Counted from the first letter of the whole stretch, positions 39,401 to 51,903 are shown. The stretch: 63,009 bases of DNA, filler included, from Nemertoderma westbladi (GCA_032718475.1; 4 parts of 4 records of this genome joined end to end with filler, not necessarily neighbours in it), one strand, 5' to 3'. The notes: a model not told the origin generated them from the sequence alone. A program made the numbers and translations.

Positions 39401-42400
39401 TGGGGTTACTATTCCCAATTTGTACACAGTGTTACAACTCAGAAAACACAGGGCTTCCAGAGTTATTTAACTATATTCGAATATAATACGTCGTAGTGTG
39501 TTTTTAGGCTATAAGCGGCGTTTTTTCATGTTACCTCCTACAGAACCAGTTAAAAGGTTATAACTTTCGAGGAGACAGTGCCAGTGACTTGAGAAAGTGT
39601 GAGACAATTGGGGTTACTATTCCCAACTTGTACACAGTGTTACAACTCAGAAAACACAGGGCTTCCAGAGTTATTTAACTATATTCGAATATAATACGTC
39701 GTAGTGTGTTTTTAGGCTATAAGCGGCGTTTTTTCATGTTACTTCCTACAGAACCAGTTAAAAGGTTATAACTTTCGAGGAGACAGTGCCAGTGACTTGA
39801 GAAAGTGTGAGACAATTGGGGTTACTATTCCCAATTTGTACACAGTGTTACAACTCAGAAAACACAGGGCTTCCAGAGTTATTCAACTATATTCGAATAT
39901 TATAGGTGGGAGTGTGTTTTTAGGCTATAAGCGGCGTTTTTTCATGTTACTACCTACAGAACCAGTTAAAAGGTTATAACTTTCGAGGAGACAGTGCCAG
40001 TGACTTGAGAAAGTGTGAGACAATTCGGGTTACTATTCCCAATTTGTACACAGTGTTACAACTCAGAAAACACAGGGCTTCCAGAGTTATTTAACTATAT
40101 TCGAATATAATACGTCGTAGTGTGTTTTTAGGCTATAAGCGGCGTTTTTTCATGTTACTTCCTACAGAACCAGTTAAAAGGTTATAACTTTCGAGGAGAC
40201 AGTGCCAGTGACTTGAGAAAGTGTGAGACAATTGGGGTTACTATTCCCAATTTGTACACAGTGTTACAACTCAGAAAACACAGGGCTTCCAGAGTTATTT
40301 AACTATATTCGAATATAATACGTCGTAGTGTGTTTTTAGGCTATAAGCGGCGTTTTTTCATGTTACTTCCTACAGAACCAGTTAAAAGGTTATAACTTTC
40401 GAGGAGACAGTGCCAGTGACTTGAGAAAGTGTGAGACAATTGGGGTTACTATTCCCAACTTGTACACAGTGTTACAACTCAGAAAACACAGGGCTTTCAG
40501 AGTTATTTAACTACATACGATTATAATACGTCGGAGTGTGTTTTTAGGCTATAAGCGGCGTTTTTTCATGTTACTACCTACAGAACCAGTTAAAAGGTTA
40601 TAACTTTCGAGGAGACAGTGCCAGTGACTTGAGAAAGTGTGAGACAATTCGGGTTACTATTCCCAATTTGTACACAGTGTTACAACTCAGAAAACACAGG
40701 GCTTCCAGAGTTATTTAACTATATTCGAATATAATACGTCTAGTGTGTTTTTAGGTTATAAGCGGCGTTTTTTCATGTTACTTCCTACAGAACCAGTTAA
40801 AAGGTTATAACTTTCGAGGAGACAGTGCCAGTGACTTGAGAAAGTGTGAGACAATTGGGGTTACTATTCCCAATTTGTACACAGTGTTACAACTCAGAAA
40901 ACACAGGGCTTCCAGAGTTATTTAACTATATTCGAATATAATACGTCGTAGTGTGTTTTTAGGCTATAAGCGGCGTTTTTTCATGTTACCTCCTACAGAA
41001 CCAGTTAAAAGGTTATAACTTTCGAGGAGACAGTGCCAGTGACTTGAGAAAGTGTGAGACAATTGGGGTTACTATTCCCAACTTGTACACAGTGTTACAA
41101 CTCAGAAAACACAGGGCTTCCAGAGTTATTTAACTATATTCGAATATAATACGTCGTAATGTGTTTTTAGGCTATAAGCGGCGTTTTTTCATGTTACTTC
41201 CTACAGAACCAGTTAAAAGGTTATAACTTTCGAGGAGACAGTGCCAGTGACTTGAGAAAGTGTGAGACAATTGGGGTTACTATTCCCAATTTGTACACAG
41301 TGTTACAACTCAGAAAACACAGGGCTTCCAGAGTTATTTAACTATATTCGAATATAATACGTCGTAGTGTGTTTTTAGGCTATAAGCGGCGTTTTTTCAT
41401 GTTACTTCCTACAGAACCAGTTAAAAGGTTATAACTTTCGAGGAGACAGTGCCAGTGACTTGAGAAAGTGTGAGACAATTCGGGTTACTATTCCCAATTT
41501 GTACACAGTGTTACAACTCAGAAAACACAGGGCTTCCAGAGTTATTTAACTATATTCGAATATAATACGTCGTAGTGTGTTTTTAGGCTATAAGCGGCGT
41601 TTTTTCATGTTACTTCCTACAGAACCAATTAAAAGGTTATAACTTTCGAGGAGACAGTGCCAGTGACTTGAGAAAGTGTGAGACAATTGGGGTTACTATT
41701 CCCAATTTGTACACAGTGTTACAACTCAGAAAACACAGGGCTTCCAGAGTTATTTAACTATATTCGAATATAATACGTCGTAGTGTGTTTTTAGGCTATA
41801 AGCGGCGTTTTTTCATGTTACTTCCTACAGATCCAGTTAAAAGGTTATAACATTCGAGGAGACAGTGCCAGTGACTTGAGAAAGTGTGAGACAATTGGGG
41901 TTACTATTCCCAACTTGTACACAGTGTTACAACTCAGAAAACACAGGGCTTTCAGAGTTATTTAACTACATACGATTATAATACGTCGGAGTGTGTTTTT
42001 AGGCTATAAGCGGCGTTTTTTCATGTTACTACCTACAGAACCAGTTAAAAGGTTATAACTTTCGAGGAGACAGTGCCAGTGACTTGAGAAAGTGTGAGAC
42101 AATTCGGGTTACTATTCCCAATTTGTACACAGTGTTACAACTCAGAAAACACAGGGCTTCCAGAGTTATCTAACTATATTCGAATATTATAGGGGGAGTG
42201 TGTTTTTAGGCTATAAGCGGCGTTTTTTCATGTTACTACCTACAGAACCAGTTAAAAGGTTATAACTTTCGAGGAGACAGTGCCAGTGACTTGAGAAAGT
42301 GTAAGACAATTCGGGTTACTATTCCCAATTTGTACACAGTGTTACAACTCAGAAAACACATGGCTTCCAGAGTTATTTAACTATATTCGAATATAATACG

Positions 42401-43484
42401 TCGTAGTGTGTTTTTAGGCTATAAGCGGCGTTTTTTCATGTTACTTCCTACAGAACCAGTTAAAAGGTTATAACTTTCGAGGAGACAGTGCCAGTGACTT
42501 GAGAAAGTGTGAGACAATTGGGGTTACTATTCCCAACTTGTACACAGTGTTACAAATCAGAAAACACAGGGCTTTCAGAGTTATTTAACTATATTCGAAT
42601 AATATAGGTGGGAGTGTGTTTTTAGGCTATAAGCGGCGTTTTTTCATGTTACTACCTACAGAACCAGTTAAAAGGTTATAACTTTCGAGGAGACAGTGCC
42701 AGTGACTTGAGAAAGTGTGAGATAATTGGGGTTACTATTCCCAACTTGTACACAGTGTTACAACTCAGAAAACACAGGGCTTCCAGAGTTATTTAAGTAC
42801 ATACGATTATAATACGTCGGAGTGTGTTTTTAGGCTATAAGCGGCGTTTTTTCATGTTACTTCCTACAGAACCAGTTAAAAGGTTATAACTTTCGAGGAG
42901 ACAGTGCCAGTGACTTGAGAAAGTGTGAGACAATTCGGGTTACTATTCCCAATTTGTACACAGTGTTTCAACTAAGAAAACACAGGGCTTCCAGAGTTAT
43001 TTAACTATATTCGAATATAATACGTCGTAGTGTGTTTTTAGGCTATAAGCGGCGTTATTCATGTTACTTCCTACAGAACCAGTTAAAAGGTTATAACTTT
43101 CGAGGAGACAGTGCCAGTGACTTGAGAAAGTGTGAGACAATTGGGGTTACTATTCCCAACTTGTACACAGTGTTACAACTCAGAAAACACAGGGCTTCCA
43201 GAGTTATTTAACTATATTCGAATATTATAGGGGGAGTGTGTTTTTAGGCTATAAGCGGCGTTTTTTCATGTTACTACCTACAGAACCAGTTAAAAGGTTA
43301 TAACTTTCGAGGAGACAGTGCCAGTGACTTGAGAAAGTGTAAGACAATTCGGGTTACTATTCCCAATTTGTACACAGTGTTACAACTCAGAAAACACAGG
43401 GCTTCCAGAGTTATTCAACTATATTCGAATATAGTACGTCGTAGTGTGTTTTTAGGCTATAAGGGGCGTTTTTTCATGTTAGTT
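27495..43484. repeat. 208-bp satellite DNA array (~66 monomers), running to the contig end
   Basis: TAAAAGGTTATAACTTTC recurs at 27495, 27703, 27911 and onward (period 208). Monomers are nearly identical. The array is interrupted at 29732-31918. Confidence 0.98.
29732..31918 (-). mobile_element. Solo LTR (2187 bp) inserted in the satellite, with 5-bp TSD GTGTG
   Basis: Termini TGTTA...TAACA. GTGTG is duplicated at 29727-29731 and 31919-31923, and the monomer resumes exactly. No long ORF. A minus-strand TATA-like CCTATAAATT at 31397-31406 suggests the orientation. Confidence 0.85.
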
Positions 43485-43584
43485 NNNNNNNNNNNNNNNN
43501 NNNNNNNNNNNNNNNNNNNNNNNNNNNNTTAATTAATTAANNNNNNNNNNNNNNNNNNNNNNNNNNNNNNNNNNNNNNNNNNNN
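43485..43584. other. Artificial contig linker
   Basis: N44-TTAATTAATTAA-N44. Confidence 0.97.
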
Positions 43585-45273
43585 GACTTCGGTTATCATT
43601 GTTGTTATCACTGCTATATACCTTATAACACTGCAATTTCCTGACATGTTTTCTTTTGGTCCGACTTCGGGACAGCCGAACACCAGGGAGATGGCAGCCT
43701 AGACCGTTAGGCCGTAAGCAACGCAGGGAAGGGATGTCCACAACACGCTAGCGCCCACATTGGATCGACCGCGCACCCCCTTTGCCCCTTCGAAATGCTC
43801 AACTTGCTATGCAGCGCCCGCTTTGTGAGAAGGTAAGACTTTGTTCGACGCCCTTGCCCGCCGTAAGACCTATAGATCAGGGTAAGCGTGACACCGCACT
43901 GGACGCCGCAAATTTAGGATCAAATAATTATATCCAGACACCCCCCCCCCCCCCCCCCTTCTTGTCAGTCCTACGAACCCCTGGGTTAACCTGTACTTCC
44001 TACAGGTGCGAACTATTGCCATTCGTCAGTACGCGAGTACACATTAGGTACGGACAGCATATGTTCCATAATTTAGTGAGTCGTAGCACTGACTGTTTGG
44101 TACCGGTTCGCTTTGTAGAACGTACATTAGTACCCCCCCCCCCCCCCCCCCCTGTCTGGAGTTAGCTATTTGATCAGGCAAGGAGCATTTCTGCTACCGG
44201 CACACTGCTTGGCCTAGGGAGGTTTATTAATATCCTACCGCGCCTTGCCACGTACTGATAGGTATTGCTGCTAACTACCGCAGCAACAAAGTTCTAGAAT
44301 TAAATTAGTATACCAGATCAGCTAACGTACGGTAGCGATTAACCCCTATTCTTATCTTACAACCAGAATCTGGTATTAGTGCCGATCACGGGTGTAGTTA
44401 CTAACACTGTGGTTGCCCATTGGGTTGTGGATAGGAAGGAGAGAGCTTTGACGTCATTCGTGAGTATAAAGTTCTACAAACGCGACTAGTTTATTTTAGT
44501 AGCTAGCGCACGGTATCATTTTAGTCAGAAAATCACTAAAACCTAGTAAAAGGAATTACTCGAAATTGTTTTATTTGTAACACACCCACACACACACGCC
44601 CTAAAACATATTGCCCTTAAAGTTCTACTAGCTATAGCGTACTATACATTACGTTAGGTGGAAATTATCTGTATTTGTACAATTAGGATCTGATTTAGTT
44701 GCGGCAAAATAAGGAGTATTTCATTTTCGTTATTAAACTGTTGTTTGTCTGGACAACGGTATTGTTACATTTAGGCCTGACCCTTTAGACTGATTTCGTA
44801 CAGGGGGATCAGTTATTGTTACATTTAGGCACGACTTTTAGGCTGATTTCGACAGGGGTAATCAGCATTGTTACACTAGGTCTGTTAACCACCTAGTTCG
44901 TATATAAACCATATAAATCACACCGCGGCAAGTTACTGTATTTAGGACTGTCAGTGATAGTTAGGATTCGCTGCGCGGGGATTGTTTTCCCGTGAGTTTG
45001 GTCTGTTACTGTAACTGTACATCTGCCTCACCGGTTAGAGGACAGGTATCCTTCTGTCTAGTACGTAGGCATTCGACTCGCTCACGTACATAGAATAGAT
45101 ACAAGGCTCTGTTCCTCGCCAGTAGTCGTTTGTGTACTATATCTGTTTATTTAGATATCCTGTACTGGGATTTGTTGTCAGATACTGTACAAGCCCGTAT
45201 ACATTACTAGAGTCTCATAGTAAGATACATCGTTACTAGGATCTGGTAAGCGGTATACTACTGGACCCTTACA
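43585..45273. mobile_element. Probable LTR (one end lost in the gap) inserted into the LINE RT domain
   Basis: Non-coding block ending ...GGACCCTTACA at 45273 (TGTAAGGG on the minus strand), exactly where RT similarity of ORF 45258-47321 stops. Confidence 0.6.
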
Positions 45274-47321
45274 AATAGTGTTGTGAAAGGGTCCAAGAAA
45301 TTAGCTAGTTTTCTGAATAACTTCTCATGATTGACGCTGTCAAAAGCGGAGGCTATGTCCATTTGGCAGAGATAGATTGGGACCTTCCTCTCACGGTAGT
45401 ATTCTATACATTCTAGAATCAATGATATGACAAGGTCAGCCCCATTATTTTTCCTATAGGCCGTCTGCAACCCATGAGTTTTTAGATCCGTGTAAGTAGT
45501 TATCCTGTATGCTATTGCTCCTTCCAATACTTTACCAAACACACTTACGAATGAAACTGGGCGATACGATGATGGTTTCTGGGCGTCCCTTCCACCACTC
45601 TTGTAGATACTGCTTATTATAGTTTTGCCTAATAAAGATGGTATCTTGTGTAGTCGCATAGCTACAGCGAAAACGGTCTCTAATTGAGCACTGATCAGAT
45701 CTATGTCGAAGCATTGTAAATGCTCTGATGTAAGAGAGGCGAAATCTAATGATTTTCCATATGGCAGAAGCCTTATTACTCTGGCGATCTCTGTTGAGCT
45801 AAAGATTGGGATCATCGTACCAATACACTTATCCTGTAATTCGTTTTGTAACGTTTTGACACCATTGTCAGTATTCTTCGGGTTGTTGAATTTTTCTTGC
45901 AGGAATTCCCTAATCCTCATCTTCAACTTGTCTGGTGTGGCGGCTAGACCTTTTCTTCTCCTTTTTTCTTTTTTTGTGAAGTTGTTCCAGAATTGTTTCG
46001 GAGAGTTGGTGTTTGGATTTATCGCCATGGTTACATCTCTTAAATTACTTTTGGATATAAAGTTCATGAGTCTCCGAATGTTCCTTCTTGCCTCTTTAAA
46101 TGCTAAGCCATAAGGGTCTTCATCTCCCTTGCCTCTACTTTGCCATATTGTTAGGAGTTTCTTTGCAATCATTGAGTGTTCTGTTATTTTATTGTTTTGA
46201 ATTCTTATATTCTTTGTTTGTTTTTTGCGGTTGACTTGCGGTAGAAATTTTGTTGCAGCAGAAGAAATAATTTTTTGTATTCCATCCATATAGATATTCA
46301 TGTGTGATTCTGTCCAAGCACTAGGAGGACCATACTGACTTCTTAATCGTTCCAACTGGTCATTAATATAATTCTTATATTTCACAGCATGAGTTTCATT
46401 CACACGCCTCCATGCCGTTGCCCTTTGTTTACGTGTAGGCCGATTTGCTTCGTGTTTAGATCTTATTGACGGGATATGCATTACCGCGGTAATTGGTACA
46501 TGATCTGAAAGATTAGAGTCTTCCTTCCTCTGATGAACTTTTCCTCGCACTATCAACTCATTTCCAATTTTAGTAGAAATAATATGATCGATGTAGGTAT
46601 TTCCCCGTCCATAAAAAGTGACTGTTGGTCCCGAAAATTTGGATGTCGTCTCCACTGTACTCATTCCCTTGTCAGTAAGAAAATTTATAAGCATGGAACC
46701 GCATGGGGGTGGTTTACTCCTCTGAAAGCGGGGGCCCTGAGTGGCTCCAACATCGCCGTTCATGTCATCTAGGATGACTGGTATTGCGATTGAGTTTTCA
46801 TTAATTATGTTGCTAAGTCTCGATAAAAAGTTTATGTACTCACTAGGCTGTTTACCAGAATCGGGTGCATAACATGAAATAAATAGATATTCTTGAGAGC
46901 TATTATTTACCATTGTACGTATTCCTGATATGTCCTCACCTGATTTAAGTTCCATTATGCTACCAAAAATTCCTTTCCTGTAGAGAAGCGCCGTTCCACC
47001 TATTCCTCTCCTTCTGTTAATGTTACTCATCTTTTCACTCACTGTATATAAGCTATGAAAGTCTTCCCCTATGTTATTGGATACACTATGAGAAAATTCT
47101 TGATCATCTAGCCAATGTTCCTGAATTGCGAGTATATCCAGATTACCTAAAATGGTTCTAACATAGTCCATGTTACCAATAATTCCACGACTGTTAAAAG
47201 TCCCTATCCTTAAAGATTTGTTGGTATAATTTGTATCAGTTTTACTGTTGCCCATATACGTTTGATTCTCAGTTTTGGGCTCCTTTTTGGAAACTTTTTT
47301 GTTAGGTATATTGCCTTCCAT
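45274..47321 (-). pseudogene. LINE ORF2: AP-endonuclease plus N-terminal half of reverse transcriptase
   Basis: APE motifs IGTFNSRGI, ILAIQEHWL, GGTALLYRK, ISCYAP, ILDDMNG (GDxN altered), YIDHII and SDHVPI. RT motifs YRPVSFVSVFGKVLE, QTAYRK and DIASAFDSVNH. It is cut before QG and YADD. Confidence 0.93.
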
Positions 47322-50300
47322 TCGAGCGCCTATGGTTGTGTTGATAGTTCCATCGCTCTACCCAAATGCCTTCTCCAAAGAGATTCTTCTCCATTAGTCT
47401 ATCAACATACCTGTTTCGAACTATAACTTTCATGTTCTTTGCATCTTTATAAATTCTTGTAGTAATTCTATACACCGGGATTCCATTTCTTTCCAGGTGA
47501 TCTACAATATCTTCATCACTGTATTTCCTATGTATTCCTTTAATTAGGGTTGCCTCATATCTATGCGAGTCTGCACATGTTATTGAGCTACTGCTATGGT
47601 TGGTATGAGACTTTTGCACGTCATGTTGATTTAGTTGTTTGACTGGCCTCGTTTGAGATTCCCCTTTAACTGGAGCGTTGGGTTCTTTAGGGGTGTTTTG
47701 TTTCTCCTGGTCTAATTCTAACTTAAATGATGAACACAATGTTTTGTCTATAGTTATCAGACTTTCTTCATCTATAGAACTTTCTAACAAATCGGTTTGC
47801 AATACTTTAGTGTTGATTGGAATTTCTTTACTTAACTTCAATGGTATCTTCGGTCCGAGTTCATTGTCTTGCCCATCAATCCCTTTCCGAGATAAATTAT
47901 AATATTGAGATTTTGATTTACTTATCATAGAGGTTGGGGTATTATACTCCATTTCATTATTATTAATGGGTTCGTCCAAATTTGTCATTTCCAATACTTT
48001 GTACCTGTTGCTGGTCGCCATTCGTGTGTTATGTGAATTTATGTTGACCTTTGTATTGTGTTTCTTTCTGTCTTTTTTCCGAGCCCTTTTGGATTGCACT
48101 TGAAACTTACCATTTATGTCCAATGATGAGTCTGAATTAGCTGTTTCTTCCAATATTAAATATTTGTCTTTTACAATATCTATTGTGGCCTCCTTGGTAG
48201 TTTTAGATTGTCGTCCACTGTGTACCTTGTTCTCATTTTGATTTTCGATTCCTGATTTGATTCTATTTATTGCTGCTAAGTCTTCTTGTATAATCATTCG
48301 AATGTCTTTCATGTTTTAACTCAGTGTGCAGCAATTCATTTGCTTTTTGCATCAGATTGTAATCTGTTTCTAATTTACAAATTCTTGTTTGCAAACAACT
48401 AATTGAGCTCAAAAAATCAGATCGTAATTGTGACACCGCATCTCCATTCACGGACTGTTGTTCATATTTGAACCTCTTTCTGCATTGTTCTGTGAAACTG
48501 TTTTCAATTATTGATCGCATTAATTCATATATGTCAATGGAAACCTCATTCTTAGCAAGTCGTTGCCTCAGTTTAAGTGTCATTGCTTGTGCTGGGGACA
48601 TCAGATGTTTCATTTTGTCATGAAGACCACTTCGTGTCACTTCTCTTTGTTGTTCTGTCAAAGATAAAATTATTGATATTACTTCCTTCCTTGGTCTTTG
48701 CATGACTTCATATATTGTAGTGTAATCTAGTGGAGTTCCAAAGAGGTCGATCTTTGAGAGTTGCTTAATTTTGTCCGGTTGTTTGAAACATATACCTTCA
48801 TTCGCATTGTTATAAACTCGATGTTGACTCTTCTTCACATCTGTAAGTTTAATTAACTTTACATTTTCTAGACAGGATTTAATCCACTTCCATAGCTCGT
48901 AGCTGTTGCCGTGGATCTGAGGCACGGGCTCTCCTTCACTGAGGGCTTGGGCATATAAACAAACATAGGCCCCGCAGTCATAGTGATTTGATGAACTTTG
49001 TAGTGGATATTCCGAGGTATGGGTTGTTACACTCCAATTTTCTCGTGTGCTACCTTTAATTTTATCAATTAGATTTAATAATTCGCAAAGATTGTTAGTG
49101 ATTTGCATAGCAGATTTTGTTTTGAGTTAAGCTATATAATGTGTATACACTCCTTTCAGTTATGTTCGCGACATGTAGAACAAAATGACTCCCATCGCAG
49201 TCAGGAAATAGGATTAAAGGAATTGCCGTTATTGAAATGTTACAGGCAGCTGTTATGTATGTTACAGCACTACCAATATCGAAGGTAGGTTGCCTTAATT
49301 TGGTGCATAGTGCAGTATCGATACAGGTTAAATTATCACTGGACCGTGACAACAGTGACAGAAATGAATCTGTTATTGTAGTGGAAAATTTATTTCATTG
49401 GTTCAAAATAATCCCAATCTTTCTCTCCCGGCTTAAGTAGAACAAGACCTCTATTGCTAGGTGGTCTAGTGGCGGCAAATACTACTGCATATTCATTAAA
49501 CCCTTTTTCTATATCTGGATAGACATGGATGTATTCTTCTTCCTTCGGTGTTTTATTTGCGCTCTTTTGAGTTGTTCTTTTAACCCAGTTACCATCTTCC
49601 CCAAGATCTTCAATAAAAACTTCGGCTGAACATTTCCTCTGTGACTTTCTACATGGAGTGTGATTTTGGGCAACTGATAGATGCTTTTCCATTGTTGTTT
49701 TTTCCAATAGTGTTGGCAGAGTTATGTTATGTTGTGATGTGATGGATGAAATTGGGAGTAAGACATCAGCTGATACGGTGACAAGACCGGGATCATCGCC
49801 CGTCGATTCGGAAGGGAACTGGTCGTCCGCCGTCGATTCGTTAGGGAAACGGACGTCCGCCATCAATGAGGAAGGGAACCGGACGTCCGCCATCGTTTTG
49901 GAAGGGAACCGGACGTCCGCCGTCGATTCGGAAGGGAACTGGACATCCGCTGTCGGTTCGGAAGGGAACAGGACGCCCGCCGTCGGTTCGGAAGGGAACT
50001 GGACGTCCGCCGTCGGTTCGGAAGGGAACAGGACGCCCGCCTTCGGTTCGGAAGGGAACAGGACGTCCACCATCGGTTCGGAAGGGAACAGGACGACCAT
50101 CGTCGGTTCGGAAGAGAACAGGGTGTCCGCCGTCGGTTCGGAAGGGAACAGGATGCCCGCCTTCGGTTCGGAAGGGAACAGGATGTCCACCGTCAGTTCG
50201 GAAGGGAACAGGACGCCCGTCGTCGGTTCGGAAGAGAACAGGGTGTCCGCCGTCGGTTCGGAAGGGAACAGGATATCCGCCGTCGGTTCGGAAGGGAACT

Positions 50301-50622
50301 GGACACCCGCCGTCGGTTCGGAAGGGAATAGGATGCCCGCCGTCGGTTCGGAAGGAAACAGGACGCCCGCCTTCGGTTCGGAAGGGAACAGGATGCCCGC
50401 TGTCAGTTCGGGAGGGAACAGTGCTCCTGCCGTCGGTTCGGAAGGGAACCGGACGTCCGCCGTTGCCATTGGTTCGGAAGGGAACCGGACGTCTGCCGTC
50501 GATTTGGATAGCAAACAGACGTCGGCCGTTGACTCAGCCGATAGTGGTGGTGTCGTTAAAGTGGGCGGGTTTTGTGGCACTGTGATCGAACTAGATGTGG
50601 TCTGCTTGTCTTTCTCTTTAAC
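47302..50622 (-). pseudogene. LINE ORF1 in four frameshifted pieces: 10-aa repeats, Ulp1/SENP-like protease, coiled coil, RRM-like C-terminus
   Basis: Pieces are 49390-50628, 49095-~49395, 48263-49108 and 47302-48312. Ulp1-like motifs ILFPDCDGSHFVLHVA..YTLYSL and PLQSSSNHYDCGAYVCLYA. RRM-like IKGIHRKYSDEDIVDHL...FGEGIWVERW. Confidence 0.7.
49795..50530. repeat. 30-bp coding VNTR (~24 copies; FPSEPTAxVx on the minus strand)
   Basis: Units CGTCGGTTCGGAAGGGAACAGGACGCCCGC stack in register from 49801 to 50460. Confidence 0.95.
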
Positions 50623-51903
50623 CTGCAATAATAAACCCCTTCTCCGTGTTCGAGGGGGAGTGCGAGGCAGCGTATTCTGTCCTTCTGCAGCCTATTTCAG
50701 CAACAAACAAGAAGGATGCAGATCAGCAGTTATTTTGGATGCAAATCAGGAAATTGCAGAGTCTTTACTGCAGCTCGAATGCTTTCATCGACTGAGTTGT
50801 CAGGTTATCGCTCCGTCACTTAGTTCGGGTCTGTCGCTCCGTTCAGCCGTTAATTGGAAGCTGGGACTCACTATCCCTGGCTGCTTCTACCATATATATG
50901 AGTGGAGGCTCTCGTCCTACCACCCACCAGGGATAGTTACCAGCGCGCAAAATGCAAAATCATGTCAGCTAGTGTCGGCCAATTGCAGAATTTTTTTTTC
51001 AGTGATTTGTAATTGTACTGCAGTCTGTAATCGTACTGCAGACTATATTCTCTATATTATACAACACAAAACTGCACTAATATACCAGTACTCCTAGTAG
51101 TCTTATTTGAATCTTAATCTATTTTGGCCACATTATCTGCTCATCTACTTATGATGACCGAAATATTACAGGTCAGATACATCAACTTTACTCTAGAGGT
51201 AACATTTTGGCTAGAAAGATATCATGCATATTGTACACCAATATACTGTATCAGCATTGCGTACAATAATTGTGCATGGCTTCTATTTAACATCCCGAGG
51301 ATGACCAGGGAAGAACCTACTAGCATGTTGCTTTCGTTTCGTAACCTTGGGGTGCCAATGTTTTGTCACATTGCTTACAGGATGTTGTGAGTAATTTACC
51401 AATGTGTGACGTTCACATTGGGTAATTTAACATCCTAACTTTAACGAAATTGAATATGAACCAAAACAAACGAATATTGAACGTTCAAATTGCGTTCAGT
51501 TTTGCGTTCATTTTTTGTACCTAAATATGTACGTTGTTTGAACGTTTATTAACGTTGAAACATAATTTACTTTAATTTGTTTTGTCAATGGCAGTTCAAA
51601 CTTGTTCGTGACACAATTATCGGACTATTTATTATTGTATAATTAATTTTTATGTTTGTTAGCCTACTCCTTGTCTGGTTCCGCTTATACCTGGACTATT
51701 GGCTCTTTCCCAATTCAAAACAATTACTTTAAGTAATCACAAAATCACTCAACAAAACACTGATAACCAATACAATGCTGACACATTTTTAAACATTTTA
51801 AACAACAAATAACATCAAGATTATACAATGGTGATTCCTCTGATTACTAAAGCAATAATACACCATGTCACAAAAAATTGTAATAATATTATTACAATAT
51901 ATT

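Larger units (their letters stand above)
45274..50900 (-). mobile_element. CR1/L2-group non-LTR retrotransposon: long disrupted ORF1 plus APE-RT ORF2, 3'-truncated by an insertion
   Basis: ORF2 has APE and RT motifs. ORF1 fragments abut through frameshifts and overlap the ORF2 start by 20 nt. The 5' boundary is approximate. Confidence 0.85.

Noticed and set aside
27495-43484. CRISPR-like array (constant repeat with a variable window)
   Set aside because: The unit is 208 bp, the variable window has only about three recurring related alleles rather than unique spacers, there are no cas genes, and the context is eukaryotic.
32012-43532. Short repeated ORFs MRKCETIGVTIPNL...
   Set aside because: These are TTG/GTG-started chance frames in satellite monomers; 208 is not a multiple of 3 and most monomers have stops.
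43441-43620. Idea that the 43585-45273 LTR is inserted in the satellite
   Set aside because: The two are separated by an artificial linker, so adjacency is unproven.
49724-51097. 457-aa and 239-aa plus-strand ORFs
   Set aside because: They are antisense shadows of the stop-free 30-bp VNTR, with no recognisable domain. The minus frame connects to the LINE ORF1.
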